The notes under the pieces are model-generated. The model was not told the DNA's origin. It did no database searches and was given only the letters and a program-made list of their open reading frames with translations. Shown here piece after piece: positions 7,197 to 17,314 of a stretch of DNA of 56,681 nt (within the stretch, counting starts at the first letter, position 1; every line of letters starts with the position of its first letter). The position numbers and the translations under genes are program-made. This DNA comes from Pseudonocardiaceae bacterium (GTDB lineage Bacteria; Actinomycetota; Actinomycetes; Mycobacteriales; Pseudonocardiaceae): the NCBI GenBank assembly GCA_035275565.1, contig DATEMN010000001.1, positions 1 through 56,681 of the forward strand. The letters are read 5' to 3'.

Positions 7197-8327
7197 ATGA
7201 GGGTGATCCGTTGTGACGGCTCCCCGGAGACGGTCTGGGAGCTGGACTCCGCGCTGCACGCCATGCTTTCCGGTGGCAGGGCAGTGGCCCCGCTGGGATC
7301 GGGACAGGCGGTCCCACCCCGCGACCCCGGACCCGGCCAGGCCGTGCTGGCTACCTCAGGCTCTACCGGACAGCCCAAGTGGGTACAGCTCAGTGCCGCG
7401 GCGCTGAGCGCCTCCGCCGCGGCCACCCAGACCCGGCTCGGGGGCCCCGGTCGATGGCTGCTGACGTTGCCTGCCCAGCACGTCGCCGGACTCCAGGTGC
7501 TGGTTCGGGCGACGCTCGCCGGCAGCCGGCCCGTGGTGCTCGACTTGCGCTGCAGGTTCGATCCGGCCGGGTTCGGCGCCGCTGCACGGCAACTGGCTGG
7601 CGAGGCCGGGCGGTGCTACACCGCACTGGTGCCCACCCAGCTGGCGCGACTGCTCGACACCGATCCCCACTCACTCGACGGGTTCAACGCGGTGTTGCTC
7701 GGCGGCGCCGCCACACCGGACGAGCTGCTGCGGCGGGCTCAGGCGGCAGGGGTGCGGGTGGTGACCACCTACGGCATGACCGAGACTGCGGGCGGCTGCG
7801 TCTACGACGGCTGGCCGCTGGACGGAACGCAGGTCCGGGTGGACGGCGAGGGGATCATCGCGCTGGCAGGTCCAATGCTGGCCACCGGATACCTCGATGC
7901 TCCCGAGGAGACCGCTGCGGCGTTTCGCGACGGCTGGTTCCAGACCTCCGATCTCGGGCGGTTCGATTCGCAGGGCCGGCTGCAGATCCTCGGCCGAGCT
8001 GATGACGTGATCGTTACCGGTGGGTTCAATGTCACCCCGGTTGCGGTGGAGGCGGTGCTCACCGGCCTGCCAGGGGTCGCCGCAGCCTGCGTGGTGGGCC
8101 TGCCCGACCCGGAGTGGGGCGAGCGGGTCACCGCTGTGGTGATACCCGCCGACCCTGCGCGACCCCCGGACCCCGACGCGCTGCGGGTGGCCGCCCGCCG
8201 CGTGCTGACCGGGGCGCAGGTCCCCAAGGAGATCGTCCTGCTCGACGCGTTACCGCTGCGCGGCGTCGGAAAACCCGACCGCAGTGCCGTCCGGACCATG
8301 CTGGCCGGGCGGGGAGGAATCGACTGA
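7197..8327 (+). CDS. menE: o-Succinylbenzoate-CoA ligase (AMP-binding enzyme)
   Basis: AMP-binding motif ATSGSTGQPKWV. The size (~376 aa) and domain order are typical of actinobacterial MenE, and it neighbours menD and menB. Confidence 0.8.
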   Translation: MRVIRCDGSPETVWELDSALHAMLSGGRAVAPLGSGQAVPPRDPGPGQAVLATSGSTGQPKWVQLSAAALSASAAATQTRLGGPGRWLLTLPAQHVAGLQVLVRATLAGSRPVVLDLRCRFDPAGFGAAARQLAGEAGRCYTALVPTQLARLLDTDPHSLDGFNAVLLGGAATPDELLRRAQAAGVRVVTTYGMTETAGGCVYDGWPLDGTQVRVDGEGIIALAGPMLATGYLDAPEETAAAFRDGWFQTSDLGRFDSQGRLQILGRADDVIVTGGFNVTPVAVEAVLTGLPGVAAACVVGLPDPEWGERVTAVVIPADPARPPDPDALRVAARRVLTGAQVPKEIVLLDALPLRGVGKPDRSAVRTMLAGRGGID

Positions 8328-8328
8328 G

Positions 8329-9126
8329 ATGGGTTCCTGCGCAGTCGATGTTCCCCACGAGATGATGAATGATGCGGCACTCGCCCGCGCCGTTGCCGAT
8401 GCGGCAGCGCACACCTTGCTGCGTCTGAGGCGTCGTGGGAGGGGCGAGAATCTGGGCCCCGAGGGGGATGCGTCGGCGAACGCGACGATCCTCCGCGCCC
8501 TGCGGGATGCCCGACCCGAGGATGCGGTGCTCAGTGAGGAAGCCGTCGACGACTCGGACCGGTTGTCCGCGGCCAGAGTGTGGATCATCGATCCGCTTGA
8601 TGGCACGCGCGAGTATGCGGAGGCCGGGCGGCTGGACTGGGCGGTCCACGTCGCCTTATGGTCCCGCGGCGGACTAGTCGCAGGTGCCGTCGCCCTGCCT
8701 GGTCTGGGCATCACCTTGGGGACCGATCGTCCGCCGGCGGTGCCCAAGCCCGGCCCCCGGCGGTTGCGCATCGCGATCAGCCGGACCCGTCCCCCTTCCT
8801 TCGTCGCTGTGCTCGCCCAACGCCTCGACGCCGAGTTGGTGCCCCTGGGCTCAGCGGGCTACAAGACCGCCGCGGTGATTCGTGGTGAGGTCGACGCCTA
8901 CGTCCACGCCGGTGGGCAGTACGAGTGGGACTCAGCGGCGCCGGTGGCTGTCGCGCAGTCGACGGGACTGCATGCCAGCCGGCTGGACGGGGCCCCACTG
9001 GTCTACAACTCGCCCGACCCGCTACTGCCTGATCTGCTGGTCTGTCGTCCCGAGTTCTCGGACGTCATGCTGAGGACGACGGCCGATGTGGTGGGGGGCG
9101 AAGCGCCGGTCAGTCCAGCCGGGTAG
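8329..9126 (+). CDS. cysQ: 3'(2'),5'-bisphosphate nucleotidase (inositol monophosphatase family)
   Basis: Motifs SEE..., WIIDPLDGTREY, and the C-terminal WDSAAP. ATG 8329 lies 1 nt after the menE stop. Confidence 0.75.
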   Translation: MGSCAVDVPHEMMNDAALARAVADAAAHTLLRLRRRGRGENLGPEGDASANATILRALRDARPEDAVLSEEAVDDSDRLSAARVWIIDPLDGTREYAEAGRLDWAVHVALWSRGGLVAGAVALPGLGITLGTDRPPAVPKPGPRRLRIAISRTRPPSFVAVLAQRLDAELVPLGSAGYKTAAVIRGEVDAYVHAGGQYEWDSAAPVAVAQSTGLHASRLDGAPLVYNSPDPLLPDLLVCRPEFSDVMLRTTADVVGGEAPVSPAG

Positions 9127-10753
9127 CCGCCACCGCGGTACGGATCCGATCGTGCAGTGCCCGCAGCCCGGTTCGCTCGGTGCGCACTTCCACCACACGT
9201 AGTCCCGGGGCCGGGGCTAGGGCGTCCGGCAGCTCGTCGGCCGACACCCGACGGTGCGGCACGTGGTGCGCAGCGCACAGGGCTGCCAGATCGGCGCCGT
9301 GGGGAGTGCCGAAGACCCGTTCGAAGGCGTCGGCGTATTCCGGGGCGCCCTGTTCGAGCAATCCGAAGATGCCCCCGCCGTCGTCGTTGGCGACCACGAT
9401 GGTCAGGTCCGGGCGGGGCTCGTCGGGTCCGATCAGCAGCCCGTTGGTGTCGTGCAGGAATGTGAGGTCGCCGATCAGGGCGTAACCCGGTCCCTCGTGT
9501 ACCAGCGCCGCCCCGGTGGCGGTGGCGATCGTGCCGTCGATGCCGGCGACGCCTCGGTTGGCCAGCACGGTCAGGCCGCGCCGGGGACGAGCGGCCAGTG
9601 CCACGTCGCGGACCGGGTTGGACGAGCCGAGCAGCAGCAGTGCCCCCGCCGGCAGTGCGGCGACCAGCAGCCGGGCTACCTCGAGACCGGTGGTGTCGGG
9701 GTGGCTTCGCATGGTGGCGTGTACGGCGGTGGCGGCGTGGGCGTCGGCTCGCTGCCACCGCCGCAGCCACTCCGGATCGGGTGCGCCGGTGCAGCGCAGC
9801 GCGGTACCTACCGTGATCGCGCTGCTCGGCACGTCGGTCCAATCCGGGCGGTCGGTGAGGACGGTGACCGCCACCTTCGGGTCCGCCAGCAGCCGCTGCA
9901 CCGGCCGGTGCAGGGTGAGGCGGCCCAGCACCAGCACCTGTTCGGGTCGCAGGTGCTCGAGCACCGGCGAGCCCAGCAGCCACGGCCCGGCCATCAGGGC
10001 ATCCGGCCAGTCGCGCGCACTGGGTTCGGCGACCAACGGCAGCCCCGGGGGAGCCGGTGGCGCGCCGTGGCCGGCGACCACCAGGGTGCGACGACCTACA
10101 TCCAGCTCCACCTCGGCGCGGACCGGTGGCGCGGTGCACACTGCGGTCCACGGCGCATGGGTTGGACGGCCTTCAAGAGCCCCCAACGTGTCCGGCCCGG
10201 TCTCGGGCACCAGCGGCTCGCGCAACGGGACGTTGAGATGCACCGGCCCCGGCTCACCGCCCAGCGCGCCCCGCGCGGCCGCCACCGCACGGTCCACCGC
10301 GGAGCGCCACTGTGCCTGCTGCTGTGGACCGGCCGGGTCAGGAGCCAACGACGGCGCCGCGCGCACCGCGGCACCGAACAGCCCGATCTGGCTCACCGTC
10401 TGGCTGGCCCCGGTCCCGATCAGCTCGACCGGGCGATCGGCAGTAACCGCGAGCAGCGCCACCCCGGCATGGTGCGCCTCCAACACCGCCGGGTGCAGAT
10501 TCGCCGCCGCCGTGCCCGACGTGCACACCACCGGCACCGGCAGACCGGACCGCAGCGCCAGACCCAACCCGAGAAAAGCTGCGGACCGCTCGTCGATCCG
10601 CACATGCAGCACTAGCCGTCCTGCCTGGTCAGCTGCATACAACGCGAAGGACAGTGGCGCGTTGCGTGACCCCGGGCACAGCACCGCATGCCGCACCCCA
10701 CACCGCACCAACTCATCGACCAGTACCACGGCCAGCGCGGTAGATGGGTTCAC
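9110..10753 (-). CDS. menD: 2-succinyl-5-enolpyruvyl-6-hydroxy-3-cyclohexene-1-carboxylate (SEPHCHC) synthase
   Basis: 547 aa. N-terminus NPSTALAVVLVDELVRCGVRHAVLCPGSRNAPLSFAL; ThDP motif GDLTFLHDTNGL. GTG start at 10753. Confidence 0.9.
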   Translation of the reverse strand: MNPSTALAVVLVDELVRCGVRHAVLCPGSRNAPLSFALYAADQAGRLVLHVRIDERSAAFLGLGLALRSGLPVPVVCTSGTAAANLHPAVLEAHHAGVALLAVTADRPVELIGTGASQTVSQIGLFGAAVRAAPSLAPDPAGPQQQAQWRSAVDRAVAAARGALGGEPGPVHLNVPLREPLVPETGPDTLGALEGRPTHAPWTAVCTAPPVRAEVELDVGRRTLVVAGHGAPPAPPGLPLVAEPSARDWPDALMAGPWLLGSPVLEHLRPEQVLVLGRLTLHRPVQRLLADPKVAVTVLTDRPDWTDVPSSAITVGTALRCTGAPDPEWLRRWQRADAHAATAVHATMRSHPDTTGLEVARLLVAALPAGALLLLGSSNPVRDVALAARPRRGLTVLANRGVAGIDGTIATATGAALVHEGPGYALIGDLTFLHDTNGLLIGPDEPRPDLTIVVANDDGGGIFGLLEQGAPEYADAFERVFGTPHGADLAALCAAHHVPHRRVSADELPDALAPAPGLRVVEVRTERTGLRALHDRIRTAVAATRLD

Positions 10754-10777
10754 AAGTCCTCAGCATGCCCTATTCGT

Positions 10778-11692
10778 ATGCTCACTGCTGTGACCGTCTC
10801 CGAGCTGTTCGATCCGTCCGTTTGGCGTTGCGTCGAGGGCTTTGACTTCGCCGACATCACCTACCACCGTGCGCGGGAGCACGGCACAGTCCGGATCGCC
10901 TTCAACCGGCCTGAGGTACGGAACGCCTTCCGCCCGTCCACTGTGGACGAGTTGTACTGCGCATTGGATCACGCTCGGATGACCTCTGATGTGGGATGTG
11001 TGTTGTTGACTGGCAACGGGCCCTCACCGCGCGACGGTGGCTGGGCCTTCTGCTCGGGCGGGGACCAGCGGATCCGAGGACGCTCGGGTTACCAGTACGC
11101 GTCCGGCGACACGGCGGACACTGTGGACCCGGCGCGCACCGGCCGGTTGCACATCCTGGAGTGTCAACGGCTGATCCGGTTCATGCCCAAGGTGGTCATC
11201 GCGGTGGTGCCGGGCTGGGCGGTCGGTGGTGGGCACTCCCTGCACGTGGTGTGTGACCTTACCCTTGCCTCGGCTGAACACGGCCGATTCAAGCAGACCG
11301 ACGCCGATGTGGGTTCCTTTGACGGTGGATTCGGGTCGGCCTACCTGGCCCGGCAGGTGGGGCAGAAGTTTGCCCGGGAGATCTTCTTCCTTGGGCGGGA
11401 GTACAGTGCCGACGACGGGCAGCGGATGGGCATGGTCAACGCCGTGGTGGCGCACGCCGCGCTGGAGACGACCGCGCTGGAGTGGGCGCGCGAGGTCAAC
11501 GGCAAGTCCCCCACCGCGCAGCGGATGCTCAAATACGCGTTCAACATGATCGACGACGGGCTGGTCGGCCAGCAACTCTTCGCCGGTGAGTCGACCCGGC
11601 TGGCGTACATGACCGACGAGGCCGTCGAAGGCCGCGACGCCTTCCTAGAAAAGCGCCCCCCCGACTGGTCCCCCTTCCCCTGGTACTACTAG
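10778..11692 (+). CDS. menB: 1,4-dihydroxy-2-naphthoyl-CoA synthase
   Basis: ...ITYHRAREHGTVRIAFNRPEVRNAFRP...AFCSGGDQRIRG...PWYY C-terminus. The start is taken at ATG 10778 (MLTAVTVSELFDP). Confidence 0.9.
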   Translation: MLTAVTVSELFDPSVWRCVEGFDFADITYHRAREHGTVRIAFNRPEVRNAFRPSTVDELYCALDHARMTSDVGCVLLTGNGPSPRDGGWAFCSGGDQRIRGRSGYQYASGDTADTVDPARTGRLHILECQRLIRFMPKVVIAVVPGWAVGGGHSLHVVCDLTLASAEHGRFKQTDADVGSFDGGFGSAYLARQVGQKFAREIFFLGREYSADDGQRMGMVNAVVAHAALETTALEWAREVNGKSPTAQRMLKYAFNMIDDGLVGQQLFAGESTRLAYMTDEAVEGRDAFLEKRPPDWSPFPWYY

Positions 11693-11710
11693 CAGGGGTT
11701 TCTTCCCCCA

Positions 11711-11797
11711 AGTGCCATTCGGAGCCGAATGGCTGTTCCGAGCACCCCTTTGGGCGCCATTCGGAGCCTAATCGCGGTGGTCACCGTCTCCGTGACC
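11711..11797 (+). repeat. Two copies of the dispersed palindromic repeat
   Basis: agtgccattcggagccgaatggc (11711-11733) and gggcgccattcggagcctaatcgcggtggtcaccgtctccgtgacc (11752-11797). Intergenic, between menB and the glycosyltransferase. Confidence 0.75.
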
Positions 11798-11884
11798 TGA
11801 GCCCGCTCTCCGTCAGCAAGGTTGTGGAACACGGCAGTGCAACCGAGGGCGCTCAGCGTGACGGTGATGGCTAAAATTCAACCA

Positions 11885-13048
11885 ATGCGGATGCTCTTCT
11901 CATCGACGTCTGGGCTCGGCCACGTGCAACCCATGCTGCCACTAGCCGCCGCGGCGCGAGACCGGGGACATGAGGTGTTGTGGGCGACCGCAGGCGATGC
12001 CTGTCCGCGGGTAGCAGCGGCGGGCATCCCGACTGCGTCTGCGGGGATGCCCGTCGCCGACGTTTTATGCGAGTACCACCGGCGCTATCCGCAGCCAAGC
12101 ACGCTCACCGGCGAGGCACTCGCTGACCACATGTTTCCGCAGCTCTTCGGTGCGATCGCGGCGCCGGCGATGTTCGACGCCGTTGTCGATCTGGCCACTC
12201 GATGGCAGCCTGATGTCGTCGTCCACGAAGCGGCTGAGCTCGCCGCACCGGTGGCCGCCGCTTTCCTCGGGCGGCCCCACGTCACGCACGGCTTCGGCCT
12301 GGTCTCCCCGTCGTATCGGGTTGCCCTCGCCACGGCCGAGGCCACTCATCTGTGGGATGCGGTGGGACTTGAGCCCCGCCCGTACGGGGGCTGCTACGAC
12401 CACCTCTACATCGACATCTACCCACCCAGCATGCAACCCGACGACCTCGGCCACGTAGGCCGCATTCAGCACCTGCGTCCCGCATCACTGACGCGGGTCG
12501 CTGGCGACGAGCTCCCGCCAGCGGTGGGCGAGGCTCTCGACGCCCGTTGTCCGGTCGTCTACCTCACCTTCGGCACGATCTTCAATGTCAACGATGCCTT
12601 CCGCACCGCGGTCGCTGCGGTGGGCAGGTTGCACGACATCGTGTGCGTCGTGACGGTCGGACCCCACGGCGACCTCGACGCGTTCGGCCCGCAACCCTCT
12701 CACGTCCACATCGCTCGTTACATCCCCCAGAGCGACCTTCTTCCCCATTGCGCCGCCGTGGTCTCCCACGGCGGATCTGGCACGCTGCTCGGCGCGCTGG
12801 CCCACGGCATCCCGCAGGTCTGCCTGCCCCAAGCAGCCGACCAGTTTCGCAATGCCGAGGCATGCGACGCCGCTGGCGCCGGCATCGCCCTGGTCGGCTC
12901 AGACGTCAGCATTGATCGCGGCGAAACCGCCGTGCGGCGCGTGCTCGATGATCCCCACCTGCGGCGCAATGCTGAGCGCCTCGCCGCCGAGATCGCCGAC
13001 ATGCCCTCCGTCGACGACGCCGTCACCGTCTTGGAACAGCTGTCCTGA
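11885..13048 (+). CDS. GT1-family (MGT/UDP-glycosyltransferase-like) glycosyltransferase
   Basis: MRMLFSSTSGLGHVQPMLPLAAAARDRGHEV...; C-terminal nucleotide-sugar motif VSHGGSGTLLGALAHGIPQVCLPQAADQFRNA. Alternative starts at 11867 and 11822. Confidence 0.8.
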   Translation: MRMLFSSTSGLGHVQPMLPLAAAARDRGHEVLWATAGDACPRVAAAGIPTASAGMPVADVLCEYHRRYPQPSTLTGEALADHMFPQLFGAIAAPAMFDAVVDLATRWQPDVVVHEAAELAAPVAAAFLGRPHVTHGFGLVSPSYRVALATAEATHLWDAVGLEPRPYGGCYDHLYIDIYPPSMQPDDLGHVGRIQHLRPASLTRVAGDELPPAVGEALDARCPVVYLTFGTIFNVNDAFRTAVAAVGRLHDIVCVVTVGPHGDLDAFGPQPSHVHIARYIPQSDLLPHCAAVVSHGGSGTLLGALAHGIPQVCLPQAADQFRNAEACDAAGAGIALVGSDVSIDRGETAVRRVLDDPHLRRNAERLAAEIADMPSVDDAVTVLEQLS

Positions 13049-13080
13049 TCATCGACCACATCCGGCGGGTTCAGTGACAT

Positions 13081-14364
13081 TCATACGTAGGGGAGTTGGT
13101 CTTTGTTCAGCTCTTCCCACCTGGTACGTAACTGTGCGAGCAGTTCGGGCCGCCGGGCCGCTATGTTCGCTTGTTCGCGTTGGTCGGTGGCCAGATCGAA
13201 AAGTGAGTCGACGGGCATACCGGTGGCGCCCGGAGCGCGCAGGTATTTCCACCTGCCCCGCCGCAGTGCCCGCGACGTGCGGGAACGCCAGAACAGGTCC
13301 ACCTCACCAGCCGGTTCACCGCGCAGCAGATAACCGGCGAGGCTGCGGCCGTCGAGCGGGTAATCCCGCGCCGGCTTCGCGCCCGCGACTTCCAGGAGCG
13401 TCGCTGTCCAGTCCTGGGTGACCACAGGGACGCTGCTGACCTGCCCCGGCCGGATCGCACGCGGCCAACGCACGATCGTGGGTACCCGGATACCACCCTC
13501 ATGGAGCGATCTCTTCGCGCCGATGAATGGCCACATGTAGGAGAATCGCTCGCCGCCGTTGTCGCTGGTGAAGATCACAAGGGTGTCCTGTTCCTGGCCG
13601 GTCTCGCGCAGCGCCGTCAGTACCGTGCCCACCGAGCTGTCCAGGTTCTCCACCATCCTGCGGTAGACATCGAGCGATCCACCATCGTAGTGGAACAGGA
13701 CTTTTGTCTCGCCGGCCAACTGCCGCGCAGTCAGCTCTTTGCTCACGTCCAGGTCGCCAGGCGCCTCCCACGGCCAGTGCGGGGTGGTGAAGTTCAGGTT
13801 CAACAGCCATGGCGCAGTGTGTTCCCGGTGCAGGAATTCCACGGTCCGCTCCGTGAGCGTATCGGTGTAGTAGTCCAGTGCGGTGACCTCCACCTCTACC
13901 TCGCCTTCGTACAGATCGCACTGGCCAAGATAGTTGATCTTCGAGTAGTAGTCGATGCCGCCGGAGAGGTTTCCGAAGAACTCCTCCCACCCCGATTTGA
14001 TCGGGCTGTACCAAGGTAGAAAACCGCAGTGCCATTTACCGTAAAACGCAGTGGTGTAACCGACGTCGCGCAACAACGAGGCCAGCGTGGGGTGCGATGG
14101 CGGGATGCCGGCTCGCTCGTCGACTGCGACGATCGGCTCTTCGAGCCCACCCCGTAACCGCCCGGGATATCTGCCGGTGTAGAGCGCGAACCTGGTCGGT
14201 GAGCAAGTAGCAGCCGCTGAGTAGCCGTCGGTGAACCGTATTCCCTCAGCGGCCAAGGTGTCCGAGTTCGGGGTGCGGATCGTCGGTGAGCCGTAGGATC
14301 CGAGGTCGCCCCATCCGAGGTCATCGGCGAGGATGAAAAGAAGATTGGGCCGTGGCGGTGGCAT
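13081..14364 (-). CDS. Cys-type arylsulfatase (formylglycine-dependent sulfatase family)
   Basis: NLLFILADDLGWGDLGSYG...AAATCSPTRFALYTGRYPGR (C-x-P-x-R formylglycine motif). Confidence 0.9.
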   Translation of the reverse strand: MPPPRPNLLFILADDLGWGDLGSYGSPTIRTPNSDTLAAEGIRFTDGYSAAATCSPTRFALYTGRYPGRLRGGLEEPIVAVDERAGIPPSHPTLASLLRDVGYTTAFYGKWHCGFLPWYSPIKSGWEEFFGNLSGGIDYYSKINYLGQCDLYEGEVEVEVTALDYYTDTLTERTVEFLHREHTAPWLLNLNFTTPHWPWEAPGDLDVSKELTARQLAGETKVLFHYDGGSLDVYRRMVENLDSSVGTVLTALRETGQEQDTLVIFTSDNGGERFSYMWPFIGAKRSLHEGGIRVPTIVRWPRAIRPGQVSSVPVVTQDWTATLLEVAGAKPARDYPLDGRSLAGYLLRGEPAGEVDLFWRSRTSRALRRGRWKYLRAPGATGMPVDSLFDLATDQREQANIAARRPELLAQLRTRWEELNKDQLPYV

Positions 14365-14591
14365 GACCGCATTCTGACACCCCCCGCCCCTTGGTTCTCG
14401 GAGAGTCGGAATCCAACTCGTCTGCGGTGGCCATCAGGTCCTGTGCCTCGCCGGCAACTCCGCTGAGTCACCTTCATCCCACAGTTCACTCGATCGAGAG
14501 TTCGACGGGGCGTAAGGAAGCCCATGTATCTGCCGGGAGTCGCCCGTCCTCTATCCAGTAGTCGCGTGGAGCGGAAGGGGATCGAGTCAGC

Positions 14592-16031
14592 ATGCAGGTA
14601 ATCGATGTTCGGTCGTACCAGCACAACGGTGGCGCCACGGTGGCGTCACCCGACAGGCACCGAGCCCTGGTGCACCAGGCACTCCCGTCGTGGCTACCCG
14701 CCTCGTGGCGCAGCTATCCCGCGTCACAGCAACCGGACTGGCCCGACCAGCGTGCAGCGGACCAGGTCGTCAGTGAGATCTCACGGCTGCCCACGTTGGT
14801 CTCGCCGGCTGAGATCCAGAACCTGCAGCGGTCATTGGCCGCGGTAGCAGCCGGCCAGGCGTTTTTACTGCAGGCGGGGGACTGCGCGGAGCGGTTCGAG
14901 TCCTGCACCGAGCAGGGCGTGCGCAGTAAGCTTCGAGTCATCCTCCAACTGGCCATCCTCCTGACCTATGGATCGGGCCTGCCGGTGGTGAAGATCGGCC
15001 GAATCGCCGGCCAGTTCGCCAAGCCCCGCAGCAAGCCGGAAGAGTTCGTCGACGGTATCGAGCTGCCGGTGTTTCGCGGCGACATCGTCAATAGCTCCGA
15101 GCCGACGCCGCACGCTCGACGCCCGCAGGCCGAACGCATGATCGGGGCTTACCACCACGCGTCTTCGACGTTGAGCATCTTGCGGGCGCTGACCACGGGG
15201 GGCTTCGCTGACCTCGATCAGATCCATGCGTGGAACCAGGAGTTCGTGCGTCGTAGCCCAGCCGGCCGGCTCTACGAGCAGGTCGCTGACGAGATCACCT
15301 GGGCGTTGCGGTTCATGTCGGCGTCCGGAGTCGATCTGGCGAGTTCGCAGGCGCTGCATCAGGTACACCTTTACACCTCACACGAGGCGCTGCTGCTCCA
15401 GTTCGAGCAGGCCCTGACCCGTTTCGCTCCCGATGTCAATGGCTGGTTCGACACCAGTGCCCACATGGTGTGGATCGGTGACCGGACCCGGCAGCTCGAC
15501 GGCGCGCACGTGGAGTTCCTGTCCGGCATCGCCAATCCGATTGGCGTCAAGATCGGCCCGACGATGACACCGGCCGAGCTGTGTGAGCTGTGCGAGCGGT
15601 TGGATCCCGGTTTCGTGCCCGGCCGGCTGGTGCTGATCTCGCGTCTCGGCGCTCACCGGGTGACCGAGCTGTTGCCACCGTTAGTGGAGGCGGTGCACTC
15701 GAGCGGCCGTTCGGTGGTTTGGGCGTGTGACCCCATGCACGGCAACACCTTCCTCTCCGAGAGCGGCTACAAGACCCGACGATTCAGCGACGTGACCGCA
15801 GAGATCGCCGGTTTCTTCGCGGTGCACAAGGCGGCGGGAACGCACCCGGGTGGTGTGCATCTGGAGCTGACGGGGGACAACGTCACCGAGTGCCTGGGCG
15901 GCGCCGAGGAAGTACTCGACACCCACCTCGGCACCCGTTACGAGACGGCATGCGATCCGCGGCTCAATGCCAGCCAGTCCATCGAGCTGGCCTTCCGGGT
16001 GGCCGCGTTACTGCGGGAGCACCAGCTGTGA
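14592..16031 (+). CDS. Class II 3-deoxy-D-arabino-heptulosonate-7-phosphate (DAHP) synthase
   Basis: ...QQPDWPD...LPTLVSPAEIQNLQRSLAAVAAGQAFLLQAGDCAERF... and ...DPMHGNT... are hallmarks of plant-like class II DAHPS. The start may be somewhat downstream. Confidence 0.85.
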   Translation: MQVIDVRSYQHNGGATVASPDRHRALVHQALPSWLPASWRSYPASQQPDWPDQRAADQVVSEISRLPTLVSPAEIQNLQRSLAAVAAGQAFLLQAGDCAERFESCTEQGVRSKLRVILQLAILLTYGSGLPVVKIGRIAGQFAKPRSKPEEFVDGIELPVFRGDIVNSSEPTPHARRPQAERMIGAYHHASSTLSILRALTTGGFADLDQIHAWNQEFVRRSPAGRLYEQVADEITWALRFMSASGVDLASSQALHQVHLYTSHEALLLQFEQALTRFAPDVNGWFDTSAHMVWIGDRTRQLDGAHVEFLSGIANPIGVKIGPTMTPAELCELCERLDPGFVPGRLVLISRLGAHRVTELLPPLVEAVHSSGRSVVWACDPMHGNTFLSESGYKTRRFSDVTAEIAGFFAVHKAAGTHPGGVHLELTGDNVTECLGGAEEVLDTHLGTRYETACDPRLNASQSIELAFRVAALLREHQL

Positions 16032-16043
16032 GGAGGACATGAC

Positions 16044-16358
16044 ATGCGCGAACATCCCGATAATCCGTCCCACGCTCGCCGCTGGCTGGCCCGGGGCGCC
16101 ATGACGCTCGGGGCGTGGGTGGTGGCGTTTCTTATCATCATGGTGCTCTTCACCGTCTTCGGCGATGAGCTGGAATCGTTGCCGCTCACACTGCGTGCGC
16201 TGGTGATCAGCGGGGCACTGGCGGCGCTGATGGCGAACCTGGTGATGCCCGTCCTGAGCGTTGCCATCGCACGCTGGCTGGCCGGTCCGCCGCGGACGCA
16301 GACCCGCCCGCTCGAACCAGGTGTCAGCCAGGTGAAGCAGAGGGGATCGAGCGCGTGA
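16044..16358 (+). CDS. Small membrane protein (2-3 TM helices), function unknown
   Basis: 104-aa ORF between the DAHPS gene and cysD. Hydrophobic segments [17 protein letters not shown] and [23 protein letters not shown]. Confidence 0.45.
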   Translation: MREHPDNPSHARRWLARGAMTLGAWVVAFLIIMVLFTVFGDELESLPLTLRALVISGALAALMANLVMPVLSVAIARWLAGPPRTQTRPLEPGVSQVKQRGSSA

Positions 16359-16405
16359 TAGGTCACAACATCCAGCTCAACCAGATCTGCGAACGGACCC
16401 GAGTC

Positions 16406-17314
16406 ATGACCGCGTCGAGCGATGCGGTGCTCGACGCGTTGGAAGCGGAGGCGATTCACGTTCTGCGCGAGGCGGCGGGCGCGTTCCGTCGGCCGGTGTT
16501 GCTCTATTCGATCGGCAAGGACTCGTCGGCTTTGCTGCACTTGGCCCGCAAGGCGTTCGCGCCGGGGCGGATCCCGTTTCCCGTGCTGCACATCGACACC
16601 GGCTGGAAATTTCGCGATATGATCCGGTTTCGCGACGAGACCGCCGCGGAACTGGCGCTCGACCTTCGAGTGCACGTCAACGAAGAGGGGCGCTCCGAAG
16701 GCGTGACGCCATTCACTCACGGGGCTCACGAATACACGCGCATCATGAAGACGATGGCGCTCCGGCAGGCACTCGACGGTGGCGCCTACGACGCTGCTAT
16801 CGGTGGGGCGCGCCGTGACGAGGAGCGGTCACGGGCCAAGGAGCGAGTGTTCTCGCTGCGGGAGCCGGGTCATCGGTGGGAGCCGCGGCGGCAGCGTCCG
16901 GAGTTCTGGCGTTGGGTCAACACCGAGCTCGCGGAGGGTCAGACCATGCGAGTCTTCCCGCTCTCGAACTGGACTGAACTCGACATCTGGTATTATATCC
17001 GTCGTCATCGTATCCCGGTGGTGTCGCTTTACTTCGCCCAGCCGCGCCCCGTGGTCGTGCGAGATGGCCAGCTGATTATGGTCGATGATGACCGTTACCC
17101 GCTGACGGATGGAGAATGGCCGACGCTGCGCAACGTGCGGTTCCGGACACTGGGTTGCTATCCCCTCACCGCAGCGGTGGAATCGCACGCCGACGACCTC
17201 GAAGAAATGCTCGAGGAGATGCTTCTTAACCGGATATCGGAACGTTCCGGTCGCCTGATCGACGGCGAAGGCGGTGGCTCGATGGAGAGCAAAAAGACGG
17301 AAGGCTACTTCTGA
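16406..17314 (+). CDS. cysD: Sulfate adenylyltransferase subunit 2
   Basis: [35 protein letters not shown] (PP-loop SxGKDS)...HIDTGWKF.... The start is taken at ATG 16406. Confidence 0.9.
   Translation: MTASSDAVLDALEAEAIHVLREAAGAFRRPVLLYSIGKDSSALLHLARKAFAPGRIPFPVLHIDTGWKFRDMIRFRDETAAELALDLRVHVNEEGRSEGVTPFTHGAHEYTRIMKTMALRQALDGGAYDAAIGGARRDEERSRAKERVFSLREPGHRWEPRRQRPEFWRWVNTELAEGQTMRVFPLSNWTELDIWYYIRRHRIPVVSLYFAQPRPVVVRDGQLIMVDDDRYPLTDGEWPTLRNVRFRTLGCYPLTAAVESHADDLEEMLEEMLLNRISERSGRLIDGEGGGSMESKKTEGYF

Noticed and set aside
9003-10793. Several 380-450-aa ORFs (9003..10151-, 9254..10615+, 9516..10793+) overlapping menD
   Set aside because: menD (9110..10753, minus strand) carries the family motifs. 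The others are out-of-frame or antisense artefacts with low-complexity products.
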